Shown piece after piece: positions 1 through 9,149 of a stretch of DNA of 63,767 nt (position 1 is the first letter of the stretch; every line of letters begins with the position of its first letter). A program made the position numbers and the translations under genes. The DNA comes from Candidatus Firestoneibacteriota bacterium. GTDB lineage: Bacteria; Oederibacteriota; D2-FULL-39-29; JBBTED01. The DNA lies in assembly GCA_038042445.1 (NCBI GenBank), contig JBBTED010000095.1, positions 1 through 63,767 on the forward strand. Reading direction: 5' to 3'. The notes under the pieces are model-generated. The model saw only the letters and a program-made list of their open reading frames with translations. It made no database searches and had not been told where the DNA came from.

Positions 1-15
1 AAAACTCTCTACTTC

Positions 16-1602
16 TTAAATTACCCTTTCTTCCAATAAGTCCTGAACTTCAACAAGCTGGATTCCTGCACCTGATATACCACTCACTCCATCTGCTTTT
101 GTTACTTTACCTGATATTATTCCATTCGTATCTACTACTGTAAATGTTTTCTCTGCTGTATTTACTGCTACATCATGCCAATCATCCATCCCAGAAAAAT
201 AATATGTGTAGTCTCCTCCATAAGATGAAAATGCAAGTGTATAACTATATATGCTTCCTGTTACATTATCTCCGCTTACATATTGCATTGTATATGTTCC
301 TATTTCACTTGTTCCTTTTTTGATTGTCACCTTAGGATACCCTATTTCAGGCGAATCTCCATCTGCATCTGTCCATTTTACTCTGAATTGAACACTACTT
401 CCCCTGTTCACCACATCTGGATGAACTCCATCGGCGATATAATCCGTTTCCCCTGTCCATGATAGTATAGGAGCAGATCTTGAATTATCAATTATTGCAT
501 ACTTCAAACCAACAAAAGCACCAGCAGAAGAAGCAGAACAAATATAAACTTTATTATTACCATCTATAGCACTTGACATAGAATCTCCATATTTATCCAG
601 TGTCAAATATACCCATTCTCCAGAAATATTTGTTGTGTATTTTATATACTGAGAACTATAATGATAATAACTAATATGAACTTTATTGTTACTGTCTATG
701 ACAATAGATTCACGACCTCCAACACTCCCTATATCAGCACTATATACAACAATAAATACCCATGAACCAGTAACATTTGTTCCATATTTTAAATTCTTTA
801 CATATGTCATACCATTAATAACAGAAGGAGAATAATAGCTAATATGAACTTTATTATTATTATCAATAGCAATAGAGCCACCGTAATAATCACTACATAA
901 AGTAGAAATAACCCACGAACCAGTAATATTTGTTGCATATTTTAATGAATTCGTATCTGTATCTGAATAACTAATATGGACATTATTATTACTATCTATG
1001 ACAATGGATGAACCACTTCCAACATGACCAATACTATCTAAAGTAGTAAATACCCATGAACCACTAACATTTGTTGCATATTTTAAATCTGAACTCCAAC
1101 TATCATTATAACTAATATGAACTTTATTATTACCATCTATAGCTATTGATTCAGCAGCATACCCATTTCCATCAACACTTCCACTTTCTAAAGTATTAAT
1201 TACCCATGAACCACTGGCATTTGTTGCATATTTTAGATTTGAGCGACCACCACTTGGAATATGTTCACTATAAGCAATATGTATTTTGTTGTTATGATCT
1301 ATTGCTATTGAAGTTCCCATTACACTCATATTTCCATTATCTATGGTAACATACACCCAATCACCTGAAACATTAGTCGCATACTTTAACTTTTGTTCTA
1401 TTCCCCCAGCACTTCCCACATCAATAATATTAGTATAACTAATATGAATTTTATTGTTATTATCCAGTGCAATGGAAATATATTTATTTGGCCACAAGGA
1501 ATCTAATAATGTGGTTTTCCATCCTGCATTTGCAATTGAAGTTATAACTGATAAAAAAACAATAATCATTAAGCTCTTTAAATATTTTTTAAAAAATCGC
1601 AT
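16..1602 (-). CDS. Secreted/surface protein with ~7 repeats (SIAID.NNKVHISY...LKYATN.SG.W; probable beta-propeller), then an Ig/Fn3-like domain and the start of a carboxypeptidase-regulatory-like domain
   Basis: N-terminal signal peptide (MRFFKKY...ANA); ~45-50 aa repeats visible in protein and DNA; C-terminal GIISGKVT..DG...ISGA motif. The 3' end may be frameshift-truncated because the -1 frame stays open to the window edge. Confidence 0.7.
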   Translation of the reverse strand: MRFFKKYLKSLMIIVFLSVITSIANAGWKTTLLDSLWPNKYISIALDNNNKIHISYTNIIDVGSAGGIEQKLKYATNVSGDWVYVTIDNGNMSVMGTSIAIDHNNKIHIAYSEHIPSGGRSNLKYATNASGSWVINTLESGSVDGNGYAAESIAIDGNNKVHISYNDSWSSDLKYATNVSGSWVFTTLDSIGHVGSGSSIVIDSNNNVHISYSDTDTNSLKYATNITGSWVISTLCSDYYGGSIAIDNNNKVHISYYSPSVINGMTYVKNLKYGTNVTGSWVFIVVYSADIGSVGGRESIVIDSNNKVHISYYHYSSQYIKYTTNISGEWVYLTLDKYGDSMSSAIDGNNKVYICSASSAGAFVGLKYAIIDNSRSAPILSWTGETDYIADGVHPDVVNRGSSVQFRVKWTDADGDSPEIGYPKVTIKKGTSEIGTYTMQYVSGDNVTGSIYSYTLAFSSYGGDYTYYFSGMDDWHDVAVNTAEKTFTVVDTNGIISGKVTKADGVSGISGAGIQLVEVQDLLEERVI

Positions 1603-1615
1603 AATTATTTTCTTG

Positions 1616-2803
1616 CTATTCTCCTATTTTTTCTATAGTTAATATTGCCACAACTGCATAAGTAGGAGCCGGACTTTCTCCAGGAACATTAACATACATA
1701 TTATTATAATTCCCAGCTACTTGTAATCTTATCTCGTTATTTGCAGCTAATTCTACAATTATGTCTCTGTCTAACATACCGTAATTACCTGATCCGGTAT
1801 ATCCAGCTATACTAAAACTACCTATAAGTTCTTCCCCTGTTGATACTAATACTATTCTTCCTTTTATCACACCCGAATTTGAAGGATGAACAGCTGATAT
1901 CCAATATTGTATTCTGTATTTACCTGCATAAGTAACTTTAATTTTGTCTAAATCAGTAGTAATATTTTTTAGATTATCACTTCTTGTAAATGCTATTGCA
2001 TTCCAATTATTCGCATTATCAATTGGTCCTTGACTTCCAACTCTACATATCTGCCCATAGGCAAATAGCTCATTATCACTCATTATACTGTTTTCATCTA
2101 CTTCTTGTGCCCACCAACCTTCTGGAACACTTGCATCTCTTGATGCTGTTCCTTGAGCATTATCTGCTACTGTTCCACTTCCTTCATCAAAATGATATAA
2201 TGCTATTGTATTTCCATCAGAACTAAGGGGGGCTGTTATATCAAAACTTGTTCTAACTATATCTGATATTCGCACTTCATCTATACAGCTATTACCCAAT
2301 ATTTCATAACAATAATTGGTTGTCCCTATTTTCATTTTACCTATTGTAACGTCATTAGTAGTAGTACCAGGAGTTCCATCTGCATCAGTTCTACTCTTTT
2401 TTAGAACATTATCTATATATAATTTTATTTCATCTGTGCTATCTTTAAATGTTGCTGCAACATGAACCCATTGCCCAACTGGAATTGCATCTCCAGAGTC
2501 CACTTCTAAAGAAAATACAGTAAGGTCCGTTTTCTTAAATTGAAATCCAAGACGTTTACCGTATAAATATAACCAATAATTTAATTTGCCTGAAGTATTT
2601 GCATCTGATTTAGCCACAATTGTTTCATAAGTAGTAGACGCTCTATCAGCATTAAATCCTAATTTTACCCATGCCTCTATTGTTATTTCTGAAGTTAAAT
2701 CAAATCCAGAATTATTGCCACAAGATACTGTTCCTGTTTGATTAGGATTAATTTTCACACAGGATTTAAATCTTTCACTTACTTTTTGTAATTTTGTTGG
2801 CAT
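1616..2803 (-). CDS. LamG-like jellyroll protein with C-terminal C1q/BclA-like head; no signal peptide
   Basis: LamG motifs ITIEAWVK, WVHVAAT, LYID, IDEVRIS, ALYHFDEGSG; C-terminal VTYAGKYRIQY...IIVELAANNEIRLQV...LTIEKI pattern; SD AAGGAGG upstream. Confidence 0.7.
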   Translation of the reverse strand: MPTKLQKVSERFKSCVKINPNQTGTVSCGNNSGFDLTSEITIEAWVKLGFNADRASTTYETIVAKSDANTSGKLNYWLYLYGKRLGFQFKKTDLTVFSLEVDSGDAIPVGQWVHVAATFKDSTDEIKLYIDNVLKKSRTDADGTPGTTTNDVTIGKMKIGTTNYCYEILGNSCIDEVRISDIVRTSFDITAPLSSDGNTIALYHFDEGSGTVADNAQGTASRDASVPEGWWAQEVDENSIMSDNELFAYGQICRVGSQGPIDNANNWNAIAFTRSDNLKNITTDLDKIKVTYAGKYRIQYWISAVHPSNSGVIKGRIVLVSTGEELIGSFSIAGYTGSGNYGMLDRDIIVELAANNEIRLQVAGNYNNMYVNVPGESPAPTYAVVAILTIEKIGE

Positions 2804-2861
2804 ATCTTTACTTCCTCCTTTTCAGAAAACGGATATATTATACCCTCTTCTTTATATTATA

Positions 2862-2878
2862 TGCAAATTTCGTGCCAA
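2862..2878 (-). promoter_or_regulatory. sigma54 (-24/-12) promoter
   Basis: Minus strand TTGGCACGAAATTTGCA matches TGGCACG-N4-TTGCW, ~60 bp upstream of the 1616..2803 start. Confidence 0.7.
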
Positions 2879-3023
2879 GTGTTACTGTTTTTATAATTTT
2901 ATGGCGCTTTTGCATAAGTTGTTTGCTTTATTACGCTTCTATGCTGATAAATCAGCGACTACAAAATCAGATCCTGAAATAAGTTCAGGATGACAATACA
3001 TTTAATCCTAAAATTTCACAAAA

Positions 3024-3065
3024 ACTATGGAATCATTTCCATACACTATGGAATGATTTCCATAC
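3024..3065. repeat. Two tandem 21-bp units, each containing palindrome TATGGAA-N4-TTCCATA
   Basis: actatggaatcatttccatac / actatggaatgatttccatac; third copy at 5081-5102. Confidence 0.85.
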
Positions 3066-3080
3066 TACCTGCCTTTTTTT

Positions 3081-5032
3081 CTACGCTTCTCCTATTTTTT
3101 GTATTGTTATTATTGCTGATATTGCTGTTCCTGCTGATATACCTGTATCAACCCAACCAACTACACCCGCACCCCCACCTCTTGAAACTTGTATTGAAAC
3201 CCAATCATCTGCTGCTAACGTAACAATTACTTCTCTGGAAATAGAGTCTCCTAACCAATAATTAGCCGCATCCACGTGTGTCCAACATACACTCCCTGGC
3301 ACTTCTGTTCTGAATTTGCTGTCATAGAAGCATTTTTTGATAATCTCGCATTTCTGGAATCACTTGCTCCACCTTTAAATGCCACAGAAAAATTTATTTT
3401 GTATACTCCTGCATAAGCTACAGTTACCCTATGTGGATTTGTGCTCGCAGAATGAGAAACATTCTTGAGATTGTTATTTCCACCTGTCAATTCTAATGTA
3501 TCCCAACTTGCTTGTGTTAATGTATAATCACTACTCCTATATGCTTGTCCATACGCAAAAAATTTGTCTTCTATTTTGGAAAGTGTAACTGCACCATTTT
3601 TGATTTTTGCTTCTTCAACTGCATCTGTTGCGAGTTTATCAACATTAACATATCCGTCTGCCATTTTGGCTCTGCCTGTGGTATCTGCTGATAAAAATCC
3701 ATCTTCCATTTTGGCTCGCCCTGTTGTATCTGCAGCTAATGCGTTATCTGCCAACCCTGTTTTATCTATTTTCGGTGCATCGTTACCTGTTCCTGTATGT
3801 TTACGACCTGTGCTATCATTGAATTTATCCCATAGTGTTTTTAATGATGCTGAAATTGAACCCAACCAACCACCTGTAGTTGCTCCAATTATATCTTTAA
3901 TTCTATTTGCAAACATATCTAATCTATTCTTCAAATCTGTCGCACTTGCAGCAGGTGTTACCGTATCATCTACTGTTGTTCCCCCTGCTATTTTCGTCTG
4001 TGCAATTGCAGCAGAGTCATTCACTTTCGCATTTGTTATTCCACTATCTTTTAATCGTAATATATCTGCATTTATTTCAATTGTTGAATCATCTACATTT
4101 ACTTGTAAATTTTCAGACCCATCCTTGCTTAATCCATTTCCAGCTACTGCATCTGCTAATTTTGTTCCTGTAATCCCATCATCTTTAAGATTACCAGCAG
4201 CTATCTTTTTTGCATCTGTTGTTGCTTCCAATTGTGCCGCATCTATCTTCGTTGTCTCTGTTGATGCATTTATTATTGCTATTATATTATCTCCTATGTC
4301 GCCATCACTCACTATACTGTTTTCATCAACTTCTTGTGCCCACCAACCTTCTGGAACACTTGCATCTCTTGCTCCTGTCCCCTCTGCATTATCTGCTACT
4401 GTTCCACTGCCTTCATCAAAATGATATAATGCTATTGTATTTCCATCTGAACTAACTGGGGCAATTATATCAAAACTTGTTCTTGCCACATTTGATATAC
4501 GAACTTCATCTATGCAACTATTTCCCAATATTTCATAACAATAATTACTTGTCCCTATTTTCATTTTGCCTATTGTAACGTCATTAGTTGTAGTAGCTGG
4601 CGTTCCATCAGCATCAGACCTACTCTTTTTGAGCACTCCATTTATATATAACTTTATTTCATCTGTGCTATCTTTAAACGTTGCTGCCAAATGAACCCAT
4701 TGCCCAACTGGAATTGCATCTCCAGAGTCCACTTCCAAAGAATATACAGTAAGATCTGCTTTCTTAAATTGAAATCCAAGACGTTTACCATATAAATATA
4801 ACCAATAGTTTAATTTGCCTAAAATATTTGCATCTGATTTAGCCACTATTGTTTCATAAGTAGTAGATGTTCTATCTGCATTAAATCCTAATTTAACCCA
4901 TGCTTCTATTGTTATTTCTGATGTTAAATCAAATCCAGAATTATTGCCACAAGATACTGTTCCTGTTTGCTCAGTGTTAATTTTTATACAGGATTTAAAT
5001 CTTGCACTTGCTTTTTGTAATTGCGTTGGCAT
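3081..5032 (-). CDS. Paralogous fibre-like protein: LamG domain, tail-fibre-like stalk repeats and C1q/BclA-like head, with a -1 frameshift near 3305
   Basis: First ~243 aa ~89% identical to 1616..2803 (about 26 differences counted by eye); stalk with ITGTKLAD/VNVDKLATDAVEEAKI-type repeats; ORF 3081..3302 supplies the homologous C-terminus (IVTLAADDWVSIQV...ITIQKIGEA). Confidence 0.7.
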
Positions 5033-5080
5033 CTTTACTTCCTCCTTTTAAGAAGATGGGTATTATACCCTCTTCTTTAT

Positions 5081-5102
5081 ACTATGGAATGGTTTCCATA
5101 GT
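5081..5102. repeat. Palindrome ACTATGGAA-N4-TTCCATAGT upstream of the longer fibre-like gene
   Basis: Perfect 9-bp arms; same motif as 3024-3065. Confidence 0.8.
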
Positions 5103-5227
5103 GATCTCATTATACCCCTCACCCTACCCTCTCCCACAAGGAATAGAGGGGAAATACCTGTAATAATAAATACGCCGATAAATCGGCAACTACAAAAATT
5201 GAAAAAAGTTTTTAAAGAGAGACTTCT

Positions 5228-5255
5228 TATTGTGTATTGTGTATTGTGTATTGTG
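5228..5255. repeat. Heptamer tandem repeat (TATTGTG)x4
   Basis: Read directly from the sequence. Confidence 0.95.
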
Positions 5256-5293
5256 ACGGGTTTGCTTTGGCAATATTTATCATAGCTAATATA

Positions 5294-5321
5294 AGTATAC
5301 TACAAAATTCTGTTTTGTCAA
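5294..5321 (-). promoter_or_regulatory. Putative sigma70 promoter for the fibre-like genes
   Basis: Minus strand TTGACA-N16-TATACT. Confidence 0.45.
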
Positions 5322-5401
5322 GTTTTGCAGAATAAAATTTTGACAGTTATAGCAATTTATGATAAACTACAAAAATAAAGTTAAAAAAGCTTTTTAAAAT
5401 T

Positions 5402-5698
5402 ATGCTAAAAAATAAACCTTATGAGAAACTCATTGATGAAGAAATAATCTTGCGAGATTATTTAGCAATTGATAGAACAAAACTTTCCAATGAAAGAACT
5501 TTTCTTGCGTATCTGCGAACTGCATTGACTTTCTTAATTGCAGGTACAACCTTTATTAAATTTTTTGATACACCAATTCTGACACTTCTCGGTATTATGA
5601 TGATACCAATAGGCATATTGCTTGGTACAATTGGTGTAATTAGATTTAAAACCATCAACACCTCATTAACTAAAAGTAATAGGGATAAACCCATTTAA
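5402..5698 (+). CDS. DUF202/YidH-like small membrane protein
   Basis: LRDYLAIDRTKLSNERTFLAYLRTAL motif and two TM helices. Confidence 0.85.
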   Translation: MLKNKPYEKLIDEEIILRDYLAIDRTKLSNERTFLAYLRTALTFLIAGTTFIKFFDTPILTLLGIMMIPIGILLGTIGVIRFKTINTSLTKSNRDKPI

Positions 5699-5708
5699 TA
5701 AAACTATA

Positions 5709-8700
5709 TTATTCCTTGATTTGACTAAAAAATTCTTCCAAAAAAGCTGTTTTCTTTGAATTATTTAATTTCTCAGGCTTATTTAAATACAATATCAGTA
5801 AATTATTATCTGATTTAAAACTAATAGTATAGTTTTTGTATACTTCTTTAAATCTGTCTAACCATTTTTTGTTTATGCTACCTGATTTTCTATTGAATTC
5901 ATTAAAATCAAATTTTATTTCAAATTTTTTATGTTCTTCTTTAATTGTACGAATATTAAATTTTTTTGCAATTAATTTTAAGTGCATCAAATTTAAAAGA
6001 TTAAGGACAACATCCGGGATAGGTCCATATATATCACGCAATTTTTTATGCATATAATTTATTTCTTCTTCTGTGCTAATAGATGCAATTTCCTTATATA
6101 CTGAAATTTTTTGATTATTATCCTGGATATAGTCATCTGGCAAATAAATGTCAATCTGCATATCAATTTCCGGATCTATTGCTTTAATTATTTTTTCTCC
6201 TTTAAGTTCAGCAACTGATTCTTTTAAAAGTTCACAATACAAATCAAAACCTATTGCAAGTATATGCCCATGCTGCTCCTTCCCAAGAATATTTCCTGCG
6301 CCCCTCATTTCCAAATCTCTAAGTGCCAATTTAAAACCTGTTCCAAGCTCATCACATTCCTCTATTGCTTTTAACCTCTCCATACCCTGATAAAAAAGCA
6401 AACTATTCTTAGTATATGTTAAATAAGCATACGCCTGAACCTTACCCCTTCCCACTCTTCCTCTTAATTGATATAAATCGCTTAATCCATAAGTATCTGC
6501 GCTTTCTATTATTATTGTATTCGCATTTGGAATATCTAAACCTGATTCTATTATTGTTGTTGCAATCAGTACATCGAATTTTCTTTCAGAAAAATCTATC
6601 ATTACTTTTTCTAATGATTTTTCTCTCATTTGACCGTGTGCAATAACAATTTTTGCTTCTGGAACAAGAAACCTGATTTTACCTGCAACCTGTTCTATTG
6701 TTTCAACACGATTATGCACATAAAAAATCTGGCCATTCCTGTAAAGCTCACGTAAAATTGCATCTCTAATTATTTTTTCATCATATTCCAGGACATAAGT
6801 TTGAATCGGCATTCTCCCTTCCGGGGGAGTATTTATTACGCTCATTTTCCGGACACCTGAAAGTGATATATATAAACTACGAGGTATTGGAGTTGCAGAC
6901 ATTGAAAGAACGTCTATTGTTGTTTTAATATGTTTAAGTCTTTCTTTATGTTTAACTCCAAATCTCTGCTCTTCATCAATTATTAAAAGTCCTATATTTT
7001 TAAACTGTATATCGTGCTGTAATAATCTATGAGTGCCAATCACAATATCAACTGTACCATTAGCCAATTTTTTTATAGTTTTATCCTGCTCTATTTTACT
7101 TCGAAATCTGGATAACATTTCAATATTTATTGGATAATCTGCCATTCTTTCTCTAAAAGTATTATAGTGCTGTTCAGCCAATATTGTAGTAGGCACTAAA
7201 ACTACTACTTGCCGTGAATCCATTACAGCCTTAAAAGCAGCACGCATTGCCACTTCTGTTTTTCCATACCCTACATCCCCACAAAGCAAAAGATCCATTG
7301 GTTTATTACTCTCCATAACTTTTTTAATTTCTTCAATTGATTTTTTCTGATCAGGAGTCTCATTATATAAAAATGCGTCTTCAAACTCTGACTGCCAATT
7401 ACCATCAGGAGAAAATTTAGTCCCAGGTAAAGTCTCACGGTATGCATATAATTTCAACAGTTCAGATGCCATTTCTTTAATTTTCTCATTTGCCTGTGCT
7501 TTAACTCTTTCCCATACTGACGTTCCGAGTTTATTTAGCAAAGGGACTTGGGTAAATCCTATATATTTTTGGATACTTTTAATCCTATCAACTGGTATAT
7601 AAAGTTTATCCTGCCCATCATACTCTATGATAATAAAATCTTTTGTATTACCTTCTATATTAAGCTTTACTATCCCATTATATTTGCCTATTCCATAATC
7701 AATATGAACAACAAAATCATTTAGTTTTAAATCTACAATGTTACTAATACTCCTTCCTTCTTTAAATTTTAACTTCCTTTGTACAGGTCTAAAGTTGTAA
7801 CGCTTAAAGATTTCATGGTCAGGAATAACAATTAAATTATCATCCTCAATATAAAACCCAGAGGAAAGTCTACCAACAAATATTTTAATATTGGAATAAA
7901 TATCCTTTTCATCCAATAGTTCCTGCAACCTTGTTCTTTCTCCATCATTATTACAAAAGAAAATAATCCTTTTGTTTTCCCTCTGCCACTTATATATTTC
8001 AGTGAAAAATTCCTGTAAAATATTAGTTTCAGTATCTCTACCAGAATAAGATTTCCCATGTGTTGCAAAAGATATGGATTTAGCAGAAAATACAAACTTG
8101 TGTTCAATATTTGCAGTATCAACAATATAACTTGTTTGTAAAAAAACCGACCCGTAAAGTATTTGCAAATCATTCAAGCAATCCAATGACAATTGCATAA
8201 ATTCATCTAAAATATTTTGTTTTCTTAATTCCTGCTCTATTAAATTTATTTCGTCTATATAAATTAATTTTTTTTGGGGGAAATATTCTAAAATAGAACT
8301 ATTTTGCTTTTCTATACGAACAGGAGGTATACAAATTTCTTTTGTTTTTTTTATTGTAAGCTGAGAATAAACATCAAAAAACCTGAGTGATTCTATTGTA
8401 TCATCAAAAAATTCACATCTAACAGGATCTTCAAATGTTAAAGGAAAAACATCTATTATTCCTCCCCGAACTGCAAATCCACCTTTTTTCTCAATAAGAC
8501 TTACTCTCTCATAACCAAATTCTGACAATTTTTCGATAAAATCATCCTGTTCCAATATCTCATTATTTTTCAAATTAATTACTGCAGATTTAAAATCCAA
8601 AGGAGATGGCAAATTTTGAAGTAAAGACTTTGCAGATAAAGTAATTATAGGATGAGAAACATTATTTGCAATATTAAATAATACCTGTAATCGCTGCGAT

Positions 8701-8978
8701 AATATCACTTTTGAAGGTCCAAGCTCCATTTCCGGCAATATATCCAATGCTGGAAAATAACAAACTTCTTTTGGATGTTTTAGAAAATTTAGCCATGTAG
8801 AAATATCATCTGCAAGTAATTCTGCCTGTTCATCATTAGTAGTTACTATTAATATTGGACGATTTATAGCTTGAGTAATATGTGCTAAAAAATATCCTTT
8901 TGCACCACCATACAATCCACAAATCAACTGTTTTGAAATACCAGATTCTATATTTTGAATAATCTCATTAAGTTTCAT
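5709..8978 (-). CDS. mfd: Transcription-repair coupling factor
   Basis: UvrB-like region (FAVRGGIIDVF), RID/CarD domain (VVHIDYGIG), GDVGYGKTEV, DEEQRFGV, QLRGRVGR, TRCF C-terminus. Confidence 0.97.
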   Translation of the reverse strand: MKLNEIIQNIESGISKQLICGLYGGAKGYFLAHITQAINRPILIVTTNDEQAELLADDISTWLNFLKHPKEVCYFPALDILPEMELGPSKVILSQRLQVLFNIANNVSHPIITLSAKSLLQNLPSPLDFKSAVINLKNNEILEQDDFIEKLSEFGYERVSLIEKKGGFAVRGGIIDVFPLTFEDPVRCEFFDDTIESLRFFDVYSQLTIKKTKEICIPPVRIEKQNSSILEYFPQKKLIYIDEINLIEQELRKQNILDEFMQLSLDCLNDLQILYGSVFLQTSYIVDTANIEHKFVFSAKSISFATHGKSYSGRDTETNILQEFFTEIYKWQRENKRIIFFCNNDGERTRLQELLDEKDIYSNIKIFVGRLSSGFYIEDDNLIVIPDHEIFKRYNFRPVQRKLKFKEGRSISNIVDLKLNDFVVHIDYGIGKYNGIVKLNIEGNTKDFIIIEYDGQDKLYIPVDRIKSIQKYIGFTQVPLLNKLGTSVWERVKAQANEKIKEMASELLKLYAYRETLPGTKFSPDGNWQSEFEDAFLYNETPDQKKSIEEIKKVMESNKPMDLLLCGDVGYGKTEVAMRAAFKAVMDSRQVVVLVPTTILAEQHYNTFRERMADYPINIEMLSRFRSKIEQDKTIKKLANGTVDIVIGTHRLLQHDIQFKNIGLLIIDEEQRFGVKHKERLKHIKTTIDVLSMSATPIPRSLYISLSGVRKMSVINTPPEGRMPIQTYVLEYDEKIIRDAILRELYRNGQIFYVHNRVETIEQVAGKIRFLVPEAKIVIAHGQMREKSLEKVMIDFSERKFDVLIATTIIESGLDIPNANTIIIESADTYGLSDLYQLRGRVGRGKVQAYAYLTYTKNSLLFYQGMERLKAIEECDELGTGFKLALRDLEMRGAGNILGKEQHGHILAIGFDLYCELLKESVAELKGEKIIKAIDPEIDMQIDIYLPDDYIQDNNQKISVYKEIASISTEEEINYMHKKLRDIYGPIPDVVLNLLNLMHLKLIAKKFNIRTIKEEHKKFEIKFDFNEFNRKSGSINKKWLDRFKEVYKNYTISFKSDNNLLILYLNKPEKLNNSKKTAFLEEFFSQIKE

Positions 8979-9028
8979 AGAGTATAAAACAAATCCCCCT
9001 TTACAGACTGTGTCACAATGCTATTTTA

Positions 9029-9104
9029 GGTAGCCGCAGGCTTTAGCCTGCGGTTTTAACTGCTGAAATTCCAAGTATTTCGCAGGCTAAAGCCTGCGGC
9101 TACC
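9029..9104. repeat. GTAG-type REP-like inverted pair
   Basis: GGTAGCCGCAGGCTTTAGCCTGCG ... CGCAGGCTAAAGCCTGCGGCTACC. Confidence 0.85.
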
Positions 9105-9149
9105 ATACAAAAATTCCATTTATGAAACATTCTGTTATTAAATGGGGAT

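Noticed and set aside
3024..3065. CRISPR-like array
   Set aside because: Only two abutting units with no spacers, and no cas genes
3564..4424. 286-aa plus-strand ORF and many other antisense ORFs in the track
   Set aside because: Shadows of well-supported opposite-strand genes with no recognisable motifs
1616..5032. Diversity-generating retroelement or shufflon behind the paralogous fibre genes
   Set aside because: No reverse transcriptase, no TR/VR pair with adenine-specific differences, and no recombinase or inverted cassettes; similarity is N-terminal, not in the head
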